This document shows positions 1-13,663 of a stretch of DNA of 64,000 bases, in pieces. The first letter of the stretch is position 1; every line of letters begins with the position of its first letter. Below the pieces are notes generated by a model. It saw nothing but the letters and a program-made list of their open reading frames with translations, did not search any database and had not been told where the DNA came from. The DNA is from Oikopleura dioica (lineage: Eukaryota > Animalia > Chordata): contig OU015566.1 of assembly GCA_907165135.1 (NCBI GenBank), positions 11,656,001 through 11,720,000 on the forward strand, in the 5' to 3' direction. The position numbers and the translations under genes are program-made.

Positions 1-375
1 AACAGCGCATCTCTATAAGAATTGGGAAAAATACTAAAGCGTAAAAATGGTGCTGGTATTTGAGAGTCGACTAGATATGGCCGGTCGGAGCGCAGTCAGA
101 GCACCGTAAAGTAGGCGGAGAGCCCTGCGCCAAGGCAGGTCGCGGGGCAAGCAGCTCCACCACTGAACCGCGCGTAGGTTTGGCTTGAAAATTGACCGCA
201 AGCTGTGCACCGGACCATAGCAAATACAATTGACAATATGACACTTTTTTTGCAAGGAAAGACACGTAGCCTAAATTAAAGCGGAGAATTTGGACGGGGA
301 TTGTTGCATGTTTATTATTTTGAGTATTCTTGATTAGCACAAAATAATTATCAAAAAAGGGATGAGCTTGTAGAA

Positions 376-3300
376 TTAAACAGAAGGCTTCTTTACAATA
401 AGACCTTCATCTTCCATTTCTTTTTCCTTCTTCTCCTGCTCTGGAATCAGATCATCGAGCCAGCTCAATTCACGCTGATTGAAAAGTCTCGGGAAATAGT
501 CGAAAGCCTAAACAATTGTCAATGGTCGTTAAAGTCTACGTCAGACGGTAATTTGCATGTTTTTTACCTTACGTATGCCGACAATTGCGACTACCATGAC
601 GGGGAAGATGATTGAGATCGGTTTGTACGACTTGATGGCCCAGAGAACGGCCAGACCGCCGATTTGAATGATGGTGAAGAGGTGAACTTTGAGAACGGGA
701 ACGTGACGCAGGTAAATGTAGTCTAAATAAAGTGAATGTTTTAACTTGCTTAAGCAGATCAGTTATGGAGGGATAATCACCTGGGTGGTATTTCTTGGGG
801 ATGAAGAAAAGCTTGATGCGTTGGAAGAATTGAACACCGCGGAGAGAGCTGAAGCCCATGTAGAGAAAAACACCGTAGAGACAAGGCATCGGGATATTCG
901 ACAGCCACGGAGCCAGGAAAATTGAACAGCCTAAAGAAAAAGATAGGGGATCTGAAGAAAGGTTTGAAGCTTACCAATCAGAACGAAAATGCACAAACCA
1001 GTGAGTCGTTGCTCAATGCATCCGGAGAATGTATCAGGTTCACCTGGAATCTTCTGATGCGCATCTTGTTTGAGTGAGTTGACATGTGTGATGGACAAGA
1101 CAGTAGCAGCAATAAACCACGGAAGGCCGAACCAGGAACATATCATGAGCGCGATAGCGGCGACAAGCAAATCCAAGTGATAGCCGACGCCCTTTTTCAG
1201 CTTATTCTCCCTTCGATTAACAATGACAGCGGTGATTTGCTGATCCATGAAAATGAGAATCGTTCCCATAAGAGCAAACACGATGGCTAAACCGATCGAC
1301 CAGGCGGGGTTCTTGCCAAAGGGAGGAATGAACCAGCCACGATCAGACCGAGTCGGACGGAATTGATTAGGAACATGAAGTTTGGGCGTTTCCATTCCGA
1401 GAATCATGTCTACGGACACCATGGTAGCGATGGCGATTACGACGGCAAATTCGGAAATAAGGTTTCTAGCTCGGACGGAAAAATAACGCTTCTGTTTCAA
1501 TCCCTTGAGTGTGAAACTAATCGCTAGAGTTCCAAAGGCGAGGAATAGTGACACAAAGAACACATCAGGGACATAGATGTGGTTGAAGGTTTCAACTTGA
1601 TACTTCTCCAAAAAGCTCGCATCGTGAATTTGAACACCTTCATGGCTTGCCAAAGATGAAAGAATTTTATGATCAGCAGTTCCTGTGGCACTTTCTAGCG
1701 CTGCTTGATCGACTTTGTAAAGTGGGCATGATGAGCCATCGAGAACACCACAATGCATAAGGCAAGTATTGACATCTTTTTCTATCCAACTTGTTCCTTG
1801 AGTGAGGTTGACAAATTTGTAAGAGTTTCTGTAGATACAGTGGTAAGCGTTTTCACTTGCCCAAGTTCGCTCAGGTGCCGGATTCTTTCCATGCATGATT
1901 ATTCGACTAAGCGCGTCATTTTCCCAATCTTCTTCGGTCCTGTTTAGTTTCAGGTCGCTGTAATTACCAGTCGTTAGTGGTGCGTAGCAATTACAGTCGT
2001 ATGATAAAACGCCATTCCGCTCCCAGTCGAAGTTGATCTTGTTCGACTTGTAGATAGAAAAGAGCTTCTTGAATCCATCAGTGATGAAGATCAACGATAT
2101 CAGCGTTGAAAACGACTCTTCCGTAAACCGCGTTATGTACATCACAAGATAGGAAGCATCAGTAGCGACCAGAACGAAACACATTAGTCCTATAAATGTG
2201 CCGACCCAAAGCCGCAGTTCCAAGTAGTCAAGGCCAAAATCTTGCGAAATGTAGTACATGATCGTTTCAAAAACGAGGATCGGGCCTGTTGAGCCGATTA
2301 TGGTCAGTGGCTGCCCTGCGAACATGTGGAATATCGATCCGGCAATTGCTCCCCCAACCATGCTTTCCATCGCTGCGATGTTGTTGTGCGTTGCATCGGC
2401 AAGGAGACCGCCAAAAGTGATGATAGGAGTTATAACAGCAAAATACAAAAACATTATAGTAGCGATGCAGGAGGTATTGAAGCCATCGGTCCAATCAGAA
2501 AGGTACCAAGGCGCTTTTCGTCTGATATCGTTCATAAGGCCTCCAAAAAGACGTCCGGTTCGCTGTAGAGACTCATCAAGCTCATGGTCGGAGTTCTTCA
2601 ACCCTCCTGTTCCATAGCCAACGCCCTGAGAATGACCCTTGAATTCAGATGAAAACAGACGCTCCATCCCTTGATCCTTGACAACAGGTGGCTGAAGCCG
2701 GATTCGCGGATCCCACTGATTAGGCGACATGGCGACAGATGACGAAGAAAACTCATCGAATGCTTCTATAATGTGTCTGGCTTGGCTCGACGTGTACGCT
2801 ACGTTTTTCACGACCGGGTCGGCCATGATATTGCCAAAGACGCGGCCTATCTGGTGGAACTCGTCTTTGTACGATTCCTTCCCAAGGCAGACGATGACGA
2901 ATCGAGTTTCAATTGTTACTTCTGTGATTCCAGCGAGCTGTGCTGGTTTTGCAAGGCGGATGAACATGACAAGTGGTTTCTGGAGGAACTCGACGTTTCC
3001 AGTTAGAATGACGCATCCTTCTGCGCCTTCAGGAATCTTCTCGGCAAAGTGTCGCTTTACCTTCTTTTCCGTGTTCATATTGTGTTTCGTCAAGTGCTTG
3101 TAACATCGATCGGAGACGAGTTCAGACAATAAGTGAGACTATAAAAAAGTTTGATAAAAATGTTTAAATAGAAAGGGCAACATTGCGCAACGAATATCAA
3201 ATTAAAATCTTTACAAGTTTATTCAAAGATTTCGAAATAAACTCACCTTGGTGTCATCGCACGGAAAGATCTTCTCAGCATCGTGTTCGATGATGTCGTG

Positions 3301-4721
3301 TAAGTTGGTGCCTTCTTCGTCAAAGAAAAAATGCGCATGGTCGAGCATCGAACGTACTTTTTTCATGACCGAAATGGAAATTGTCCCCACGTGAGCTTTT
3401 GACCATCGAGAGCCTCCCTTCAATCAACGATTAGTTGATGAAAAACAGTCATGGGGTTTACCTGGTCGACGTTTTCTTCGAATTTGATCCACCGGGAAGT
3501 CTCCCTCCAGACGGAATCATTGTCCTTCCCTTTGGTAAGTTCCAAGAGCTCAATAAAGAGTGTTGGTGGTTCAACTTCATTTTTCTCAAGTAGATTTCGT
3601 AGTTCCAGAGATGCGACTGAAAACAATAAATTGAACCGTCAGCTCAAAAAAGTGATGAAAAAGCTGTTTTCTCTTGCATCATTTTACCATTATGGGCGTC
3701 GCCCCAGGGATTCAGCAATCGCCAGACCTTTTCTCTTGACAAAATATCTCCAACAACCATTTAGTAAAAAATACTATTCAAGCGAATGAAAAAATCGAAC
3801 TTTATCGAACATATAAATAGATATACATTTGTACCAGCCACAGAATTACTGTAGCATCAGGCTAAGCTGGGATTAACATGCCACCAAAATCTCGCCTTTT
3901 CAATGAATAAAATAGAAAACGAAGAAGAAGGGCTCTTGTCTCTTTTCAGCAGCTGTTTTGCATTCATGAAAAGGAATTAGCTTATATGCAGAGGAAATTA
4001 TTTTTCCCTGGCCATGTCATTAGGTAGAAAAAAGGATGATCTTAGATAATTTGACTGAAAATCAATTATGTTAGAATTATTAGTTTCTATATCTATTGAA
4101 ATCCTTCCCGGAGAAAAAAATTAATTCTTGAGTTACCGTATTTGTCGTAGATGCGTTGCATTTCTCTCTCTGTCTGGCAAACCCAATGAACTTCTCTTTA
4201 CTATGCAAGTCTGTATGCGAGAACAACAAATTAAATCCTAACAGGGGTATAATTCTCTTGTTAACAATGACCCATTCTTGCTCCTCGTCTATCCACCCCG
4301 ATCATAAAAACCCATAGATGGCGGTGTACTTATAATGATCACGAGGTACCTAAAGAACAAACCTTTCTTATCAAAGATCTCTAACCCCTCCGGGTGATCG
4401 TATCTCATGATTATCGGCCGGACAAATCAACTTGAATTGCCTTTGCTTTTGGCAAGATATTGTAATTACGAATATGTGAGCGGCAAGTTTGTGCTGCAAA
4501 TATTACCAAGTTAAAATGAATAAAAAAATCCATGAAAAATAATTTGCAGATATTCACGGTGGCAAACATCATCGGGCGAGGAATGACATCAATCAGCGAA
4601 AAACAATAAGGAATAAGTCTACAAGACACTCACAACTGTAAGACCACGGAATGCACCTCTGTTCCTCTTCGTTGATTTCACCTTTGGAATATTTTCTCAA
4701 AAAGCCAGTCTCTTTGATCAT
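376..4721 (-). CDS. SLC4A: SLC4 anion/bicarbonate transporter (NBC/NDCBE-like), multi-exon; 5' exons above 3630 uncertain
   Basis: Translated exons give LFIELLEL...WRETSRWIKFEE, GRLFGGLMNDIRRKAPWYLSDWTDG, GQPLTIIGSTGPILVFE, YITRFTEESF, LIFMDQQITAVIVNRRENKLKKGVGYHLDLL and YLRHVP...WLDDLIPE. Stop TAA at 376-378. All are SLC4 hallmarks. Confidence 0.93.
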
Positions 4722-5418
4722 TTCAGAATCAGATGGATTCTGACATGAATTTTCTTCAGAGTGAGAATTTTATAGAGCGCTTATACTACGGATAGGGGGC
4801 ACACTGGGTCACACCTTTGTCTCTTTGAGTGACAGCTCTGTAAAGGTCGATTACAGACCTGTTTTGGTGAGCTACTTATTTCCTATTTTGGACAAACAAA
4901 CACGAACTTAGGCTTCTGCGTCACATAATTTCCAAAACGGATACGATAATTACTGTCTACAGTTCTCGTTAAAGATTCAAGGTCGTGCCCGAAATTTCCA
5001 TACGGAAAATGCAAACCTTCAAAACACAAAACTACTCACAACCAAACTTGAACTCAACACCTATGCTTCGTCCCATTTTTATCTTGAAGAATAACAAAAA
5101 TGCTTTCATAGCTGGAACTTTGAGAACTGCGAGGTCTTTACTTTTATTGGGAAAGAATTTTTTCTTGTGTAGAAAGTTGGATCAGCTGAAATATGATCAA
5201 TACAAATCTGTAGCTTTGATGATTGAAGAATGAAGTTGTTGTCAAACAAGGATGAGTTAAAGAAAAAGGATTAAGAATAGAATCTTCACAATAAGGAGAG
5301 GTACATCCACGACGTAGAAAAAGTGCAAGAAGCACTTGTCTACCAGACAGAAATAAAAAATGTTTCTGGGGAGATAAAACGGATAAGAGGAGAGGGAGAA
5401 GGTCACATTGAATTCGCT

Positions 5419-7099
5419 TTAATTTCGCTTGGTTCGTGGGCGTCGCGATGCCGGACCTGCCGGCTTGGAGAATGCCTTAAATTTCCGTTATCAGGTGCTT
5501 TTGTCCGCTTTTTTTACTACATTTTCTTGATGAATGACCATTTTAAGCAAATTACCAAATTACTGCTACGAATAAAAATCATCACGTGGGCAAATTTTCT
5601 GTAGAAAGAAAACAACACCGATAAAGAGTAGTAAATAGCTACGGCGAGTACGCGCGATTTCATGAAATCACCATGAAAAGCTGTTAGTTAGCAAGGATGC
5701 TTGATGGATCATTTTGTTGTTGTATTTTTGGTACATTGTATGGTGATCTTTTACCAAGCTACTGCATTGTGCAACAAGGGCGTGATTTTTGATTTTCAGA
5801 ATCCTGGGAATTGTCTGATTCGGGGAGCTCTTTCTTGGCCTCCTAGAAAGTTAGACTACTGTTACAGTGTTAGACAATCCAAAATTAGATTGAGTTACAG
5901 TTACAGTTAGATGTTAATTTATACAAACTACAGATGCAATAAAACAATAAAAATAGACATAAAATACCTTTTTGACTTCAGTTTGCGGATGAAGATGCGA
6001 AATCAAAGCTTGCTGTGAGACCTCACTCGGTCCATCGATCTCGATCGAGAGAAGATTTTCAACTGGAATTCCGAAGTTGCCTAGCGCACTGACGAACGAA
6101 GCCTTGCAACTCGCGTAGAGCATCTTTTCCTAAATAGATCCTTCAAACTCGAATCACCTTTGGAATGTTTACCTTAATGGGCACCGTCACTTCAGAAGGA
6201 ATGGAGTAGACAAAGCAGTCTTTTTTATGGGACTTGCCATTATGCTCATATTTGAACTTGAAGAGATGATAGTTCGGCGAGGTCGTTGACACAGCGCCGG
6301 AGAACATGGTTGTCGAGCCCGCGAACTGGTCTGTCTGTTCAAGGCAAATATGCTCCTGCTTGACGTCAATCGCCAAGCGGACATAATCCACCTTTCCAGC
6401 GGCGAATTCCTTCAGCGCCGCTACCGCCTCCGAGGTCACTGGAAAACTAGAAGCTTTGATTGACTCACGCATTTTTATGCCGTTTCTTACGTAAGCCCAG
6501 CGACAGTTTCCTTCTTTGTTGTAACGGACGATGTTTCGAGGAGCTTGATCTCCGCTTTGATCTTTTCGGCTTCAGTTAATGGCCCATCTTCTTCATCGAG
6601 CTTCATTTGTTCTTGATGGCCCTTCCAAGTTAAATCGCTCGGCGAGTTGATGGTATACTCTCTCGAAATATATCCACCACCGAATGCTTGCTAGAACAGT
6701 TGTTTTCATGATGCTTTGAGGCGTTCGGAATACCTTGACTGTGGAAAGGGTTGAAGCATAAATCATCTTGTCCCTGACTGGAGCATTTTCAGAAATGTAT
6801 GAAAAGAGGATGAACTCGTAGCCAAGAGATGATTGAGAATCGAGGCGATAGAAAGCGTAGAAACACGGGTTGGATTCGGTGAGAGGAGCGAGTTGGCTAT
6901 CGAAGTCTTCCTGCCAGGTCTTTTTGGGCTTCAAGCATGCACCAGCTTTTAGACATTCATTTTCAATCACGATCTTAAAAAATTATACAAAATTGCAAAC
7001 TGAAAAAAATACCTGTAAGACGCGCAGATGACCTTGACGAGCATTGGTCATCTCATTTTTGATATCTTCTGAGACCTCGATTCCCGACCGATGTGACAT
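5419..7099 (-). CDS. TWF: Twinfilin (two ADF-H domains) with two candidate terminal exons (5759-5842 and 5419-5475)
   Basis: Starts MSHRSGI. Contains FILFSYISENAPVRDKMIYAST and FVYSIPSEVTVPIKEKMLYASCKA. The distal exon encodes AFSKPAGPASRR, the canonical twinfilin tail. Confidence 0.92.
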
Positions 7100-7555
7100 T
7101 TTTTTCTTGAAAAATTTATTTCCAGTCGTTTGTGATTGCTTTGAGGGATTAATTGCACATGATACTTTGTTACAATGAATGTCGGAGGCGAACTTTGAAC
7201 TAGTAAGTCAGTAGGGGTAGTAGTGGTTCTTTCTTTTTTGTTTGATTCAGAACATGAAGATAAATTTATATAAAAAAGAAGTTGGATAATGGTTTAGGTG
7301 ATCAGTAGGAAAAAGAAGGCATGGCATCTAAGAAAATTTAGCTAGAGTGTAGCAGTGAAAGTTGTTAGTAAAATGAGAAAGGGAAAAGAAGCTCAAGAGT
7401 AGTTGTTTCGAAAATGCTAGAGACTCAAATGGGTCAATTGAAAACTGAAGTTAAAGGCAAGATTGGGTTAGAGTAAATACAAATTACAATTAAAAAATAT
7501 TGGGTAAGGATAATAAAAGCAGATTTTGATAAAAAGAAGAAGCATGAAAGAAAAT

Positions 7556-10500
7556 CTAGACCCACGGACTGGGCACCCATTGCGGCCTTTGAAGAAGTTG
7601 TTCAAATAAGTCGTAAATTTTACTAGCGGTCGTCTCCGTCGAATTGTTCGGAATGATGACATCGAATGCGTGCGAGTATTGCTGCATGATCGCGCGGCTG
7701 TCTTCGAAGATGTGAGGGTTGCCCTAGAAAATCGCGGTAAACAACAGGTGGGAGGATGATAGGAGGCAATAAGGTCAATAAGAGAGGTCGATAAGATGGA
7801 ATTTTTGTCACTAGAGGTCGAATTATAGATATAATGTAAGGAAACTCTTTTGAGTTATCAAACTTTAAATGTTACAAAAAAATTAGCCGGACTCCGCCGA
7901 AGCCCATAACCTGAGTCTTAGTTCTTTTTGTAAATGAATCAGTAGACTGAGAATTTCCTATTTTTCAGGTACATGCTTTATTTTCAATATGCGATTTTCA
8001 ATGTGCTGATGATTCTGTGAAAGTAAGTACTAATAAATATCAGATTTACCAAATAAAATGCAAAACACATATAGTCTATATGATATAGACAAGAATTTAC
8101 CTCGTATCCCATTGTTCGATCACCACCATTTCCAGGCGCAACATAAACAACTAGAGGCGCGTAAACCTTATTTTTAAGAAGTCTAAGTGCAGTGGGTTCA
8201 ACGTCGAGTATTGCACATTGTCCGTTATTGATGATGTCTCTAATAGTACTGAGTTTTGTGCCGTAAAGCTGACCTTCGTGCTCTCCATACTCGAGGAATT
8301 CGCCTTTTTGTATTGAGAGGTTCATTTCTGAGTAGTTCATGAAAAAGTATTCTTGGCCGTGTTGTTCCCCAGGTCTGGGCGGTCTCGTGGTAGTTGGGAC
8401 TAAATAAGGCATTCAGTAAGAAGTCAAGAAGCACAATTCTCTACCTGGATAAGAGTACTGCGTCTTATTCATGCCATTCATCGACATGAGCATATTTTTG
8501 ATATTTCTCCTTCCAACACCGTGAGCGCCGATGAGAACGAGGCATTTGCGCCGAAAATTTTGAACCTTTTTGACTTCTTCGTAACAGAGAGTTTGGTTTT
8601 GAGGCGTCTGGGCAACGGGATTGAAGCCTTGAGTCGGCGTGGTTCCCTTTTTCTTGCGCATTTGTTCAAGCAAATGCTCAGAGTTTGCTTTCCATTCGCG
8701 GAATTGCGGACTATAGAAAGAAATCAAGAGCCCGATGAAATCAACGAAGACTCACCTTGGCACAAGACCAGTATTATCCGTGTCCATATTTCTCGCTTGC
8801 CACCAAAAATCATCGTCTTTGCATGATATCATCAAGACCTTATGTCCAATTGTCAGTGATTATCAATAAATACTGAAGTAAGTACCTCTCCAGTACTAAA
8901 GCGAAGACCAGCTTCTTTGCAAGGAATGTCTGATGACTGCATTGGGTCGAAATCAAACAGCGCTCGAACATAAATTTCACAGGTTGGACTAGCGACAGTT
9001 TCTGATGGTTGGATTGTGAAAGTGATTGTTCCGCGAAGTGACCGGAGCATCATTTGAAGATCACCAATTTCCTAGAGAATTGGAATCAGAAAGTTTGAAG
9101 ATAGAAAAATCACCTTGTATCGAACTGAAATGCCATTGATATCGAAGATCTCATCTCCCACGTTCAATAAGTTCTGTCGATGAATCATTCCACCGATAAT
9201 AACCCTCGCCACAAGGCACTTTCCCTGATCCATCCGGAGAGTGATTCCAAGAGGCTCATCGTGGCCCTTGTTGAAAGATATCTTCTTTAGGCTACGCCCA
9301 CCAGGTTGTTGATGTTGGTTATGCTCTGCTGAGTTCGTTATATTCGCAACTTCAGCTGAACCTGCTGAGCACGTGGTCCCGCTGGAAGATGATTTTGAAA
9401 ATTGTCCGACAGAAGAGGACTGCGGAGGGGGATTTAATCTGAATGAATTTTCGGATTAATATCGCGCCATGAATAAAAATTGTTTGTCCAAATTGTTTAC
9501 GTAAGAGACTAAAATTCTTGTTTACTGTACATAAATACACACATGACTGCCCATCATTATATTGTCACTCAAATTGAAGCGTAGTACCTGAGATTCGGTT
9601 GCTGATAAATTTGTGATGAGATTAAGTCGTGGGCAATAAGTAGCTTGGGAAAGTGTGGATTGAGGAGGAGAGAGGCGAATTCAGGTCCTGGACCATCTCC
9701 TGGCGGGAGAAACTTGAGATAATCGTATACTTCGGCGAAACGCTGTTCTGCGCACGGACTCGAGACTTTTTTCGATGATAGATCAAGACTAAATTTATGA
9801 ACAGCGAGTTATCTAAATTCGTTTACCTAGAGATTCCGTCAAAAATATCAAGCCATTTCTGCAGACTGGGATCATCAAGTCCAGCAGGATCATTATTTCC
9901 AATTGCGTCTATTTCATCGAGACTATCAAGAACTTCTCCAACACCTGAATTAGGTAGAACAGTTTCTTGCTGTGGAGGAAGTCGACTAGCAAATGCATCA
10001 GAGACGGCTCCCTTTAGTCGGCGACGAGCGTTGAATTTTGACAAGTTTGTGATGGTTTGATTGAGATTCTTAGAGTTGCAGACGCGTTTACGGTCGGCGA
10101 TCCAGGGATGTTGAAGAGCCTCAGTTATAGTGATTCGTTCTTGAGGATCAACTGTCAACAAGCGAGTGACGAGATTCTTTGCAGATTCGGAAATGCCCGC
10201 CCAAACAGGGGAATTCATCGGCACATGTGCTACAGAATCATTTTTAAAATAAGAAGGATGGATAGAAAGAACCTTTTTGTATGTTCTGAATCAGCTTTGA
10301 ACCTGAACCAACGAATGGAAGCATTCCCGACAGTAATAGATGAAGCATGACGCCGCAGCTCCACATATCGACTTGCTTGCCGTACGCTTCGCCGAGCGAC
10401 ATTTCTGGTGCCATAAAGTGGGGTGTCGTCACTTCCCCTGCTTGTAATGTCTGTCCGTCTTTACATTCGATTGCCAGACCGAAGCGACCGAGTTTCACAG

Positions 10501-13500
10501 GGGCCTTGATTTCTCGACTTTGAAGGAGGACGCACATTGGAGTCAAATCGCTAGAAAAGGACTTGATTGAACATTTTGACGTAAAAGAAAAATCCTCTAC
10601 CGATGAATAACATCATTATTGTGGCAATATCGGACAGCTTGGAGAATTTGATTCATGTAATGGGACACAACGGCTTCGGAAAAAACGTATCCATCGGATG
10701 CGCGTTTGATGATTTCGAAACAAATGTCGGCGCCGCTCATATATTCAAAAACCTAAAAAAATTGGCTGACTTATTTTGAAGAAAAGTCTCTAGAACATGT
10801 CTCGGCGATAACTATTGTTCACTATGAGTTTTTTAGTTCTGGTTGAAGGGGCCCAGCCACGGGACAGTTGTTATGCCGCGATATGAGTTTAGACGATCAA
10901 CGGGGACGAAAAGTCGACCTAAGAATGTTCCAGAAGGAATGAAAGTTCGGGATGGCGGCTTTTTGCCCAACATCAATGCTCAGACTACTTCTGCCGACAC
11001 TTACCGGTAAAGTTCTGATTAACGAAACTTGCTTGACAATAATGTTTATTAACTTAGCTCTGTAACAAGCTCATTCTTTCATTTGATTGCTTGTGAAAGA
11101 ATCAAATCTAAAGTAATCTCAAATTCTAACTCAAAACTTCAGAAACCCATCACAATTCATGAAGGGCCCAAAAACGTTTGCGCGAAACGGACCGTCATCG
11201 AACTATCAGGTTTGTTTTAGCCTGGTAAAGAAAGTACTTTACAATTTGTAAGTCGAGCGCAACGAAATCCTACATTCCACCAGTGTCCAGCCAGTCTGGT
11301 ATCATTGTCGGCGACAAATCAGCCAGCCCTTATTCGGTCAAGAAGTTCTCTCCTGAGGACTGGCATCGACGCAATCAGGTAAGAGCATATTTCAATCAGA
11401 TAAAGAGGGTAATGAGGATAATGATTATGGCATTCGCGAGCATCAAATAAAATTTTGACTGTTGAACTGAAATTTTTTTCTTCAACGCATCTTGAAATTC
11501 AAGGGTTTGAATAATAAAATCAACGAAGATTAATTAATAAATATTTTGTTCTAGAAAAACAACATTAAAAAAGCACCTATTCAGGATCATTTCGCTACCT
11601 CGGACGCTTTCCGAGCTTCCTCCGAGCGACTTAGAGCTGACACATACGCTCTCGTCCAGGAGCGCGACCAGCTGACGGCGAAAAATCAGGCCCACTCGAC
11701 AAAGAACATCGACGATCGAGCGAACGACATCGACTTCTGGAAGTCCGAGCTTCGACACGAGACTGAGCTCCTCATCTCTGAGACAAGCTCTCTTTCTCAG
11801 CAAAAGAAGCAGTTGGAACGCGCACTCGCCGAAACCGAGAGCCCACTTGGCATCTCCAAAGAATGTCTTTACAACAGAGACAAGCGAGAGGGCATCGATT
11901 TGGTCCACGACGCTGTCGAAATCCAGCTTAACCAGGAAGTCGAAGTCATCCGATTCTGCCAGGAAAAGATGAAGCGACTGATTGCCCGAGCTGAGAGACA
12001 GCTTCAACGCAACCGAGACGCCCAGCACGAGTTGGACAAGGATTCGCACGACAAAGTCTCCGCGGCATCTATTGATAACCGATGCTACCAGTTAAAGAAT
12101 ATCTCCGCTGGAATCAATTACTTCAGAGGAATTGAGGATGTCGACCGAACGTAACAAAGAATTCATGAAAATCATATATAAATTATAATTCTAGCCAGAC
12201 GATCCCATCCAGCTGGGCAAAGTTCTCCGATGACAACATCCGACGATCCCAAGCCGAACGAAATTCTTCCACTAGAATGCGAGAAGAAATCGAAACATGC
12301 CTCGCTGAGACGTCTAATCAGATGTGGTCACAGGTAACTATCTCCAAACTTATTGTTGAAAATTCAACTGTTATTTCAGTGGAACCGAGTCAACGTCGCC
12401 TTTACTCATCGAGTAGCTGAGCAGGTCGACACCAAGAACACCCTCCAATCGCATCTTAACCGAACTCTCCAAGAGATTCATGACGTCGAAACGACCATCA
12501 AACGACTCCACCGAGCGATTGCTGATAAGGAGCTTCCAGTCAAGGTCGCTGAGACCAGACTCGGTAAGTTGTAATAATAAATAGGAGCCTTGACAACGTT
12601 TTCCTTAGACGAGCGAACACGACGACCAAACCTGGAACTCTGCCGTGATCCCGCCCAGTTGATGCTTGTTTCCGAAGTGAAGCAACTCCAAGCTACACTC
12701 GCTAGCCTTCGTCAGCGATTAGACGAGGAGCAGCATCAGCTCCAGAAGTTGGTTACCGCTCGAAGCAAGATTGAGCACGAGATTCGAACAAAGGTACTTC
12801 AATTTCCTCTTAATCACGACCACTAAGTTTTTATAGGCGAACTCAATCTTCATCGATCAAGACAAATGCATGTCAATGCGAAAAACTTTCCCCACCACAC
12901 CAAGACTGTCTGGCTATTCTTATTGAGCAGAAATGCATAAAACTGTACCGTGGAATAACAAACTTCGTTGATAGAGAAGGCACAAATATATTTTACCAAA
13001 CAACCCATTTCCTTTTGGAAGCATTTCTTTCAAAGCAACAATTAGCCTCTAGAATTCTATGAGACCATAAATAGGCATGGTGGAATATAGAAATATTTTT
13101 CCAGAAGTCGGTGGTTTAGATCTAGTTTCGTTAACGGAAGAACAATTGGTCCAGTGGGCTAAGCTGTTCTCTCCATATAACCAGTGTCTGAGTTCGATTC
13201 CTCATGTAATCCTACTCTTTCCCAATTGGCAATTCGTTAGGGATCTGTTAAGTTAGGGACAAACTATACTCTAGGCGAATCCTTACCCAAGGAAGCACTC
13301 ATAAAAAACCCTCTTAAAGGGTTTCTTCCTCCTAAAGGAAGTTTTTGCTGTCTTACCATGTAGAGAAAGCCGGTGCTTGAGTAGACTTCTTTGAGTTCGA
13401 CAATGTGCTCGTGTTTGAGCATGTCGCAAATTGTCGTCTCTCGTTTTAGGTCGTCGATGGATAGGCCGGGGGATGAAGTGAATGCCACAACATCGACGAT

Positions 13501-13663
13501 TTTCACAGCATAGAGCTCACCGTCTTTAATTCTTCTACATCGACGGAGCTCAGAATGAGGCCCTAAAGATTAGGTTCAGAGAGAGAGACAGGGAAATATT
13601 TGAACCTCGGGAGATGACATCCAAGAGCTCGTAAACTTGGTCGAATAAATTGCCGTCCGCCAT
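7556..13663 (-). CDS. CASK: CASK/Lin-2 MAGUK: CaMK-like domain, two L27, PDZ, SH3, guanylate kinase-like
   Basis: [71 protein letters not shown] (L27), EPLGITL (PDZ), [10 protein letters not shown] (SH3), [12 protein letters not shown] (GuK); ends PQWVPSPWV*. Confidence 0.95.
10873..12926 (+). CDS. TEKT: Tektin (TEKT3/5-like), nested antisense within CASK intron 2 (10753-13356)
   Basis: Has the tektin signature RPNLELCRD plus [19 protein letters not shown] and [24 protein letters not shown] introns join exons in frame; stop TGA at 12924-12926. The first exon is less certain. Confidence 0.92.
13136..13351 (+). mobile_element. tRNA-headed SINE-like element, copy 1 (in CASK intron 2)
   Basis: A-box-like TGGTCCAGTGG and B-box-like GAGTTCGATTCC. 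Its 49-nt tail (AAAAAACCCTCTTAAAGGGTTTCTTCCTCCTAAAGGAAGTTTTTGCTGT) differs by one base from the tail at 14990-15038. Confidence 0.65.

Noticed and set aside
34-340. GC-rich short ORFs at the left edge
   Set aside because: No recognisable protein or RNA motif, and the context is truncated.
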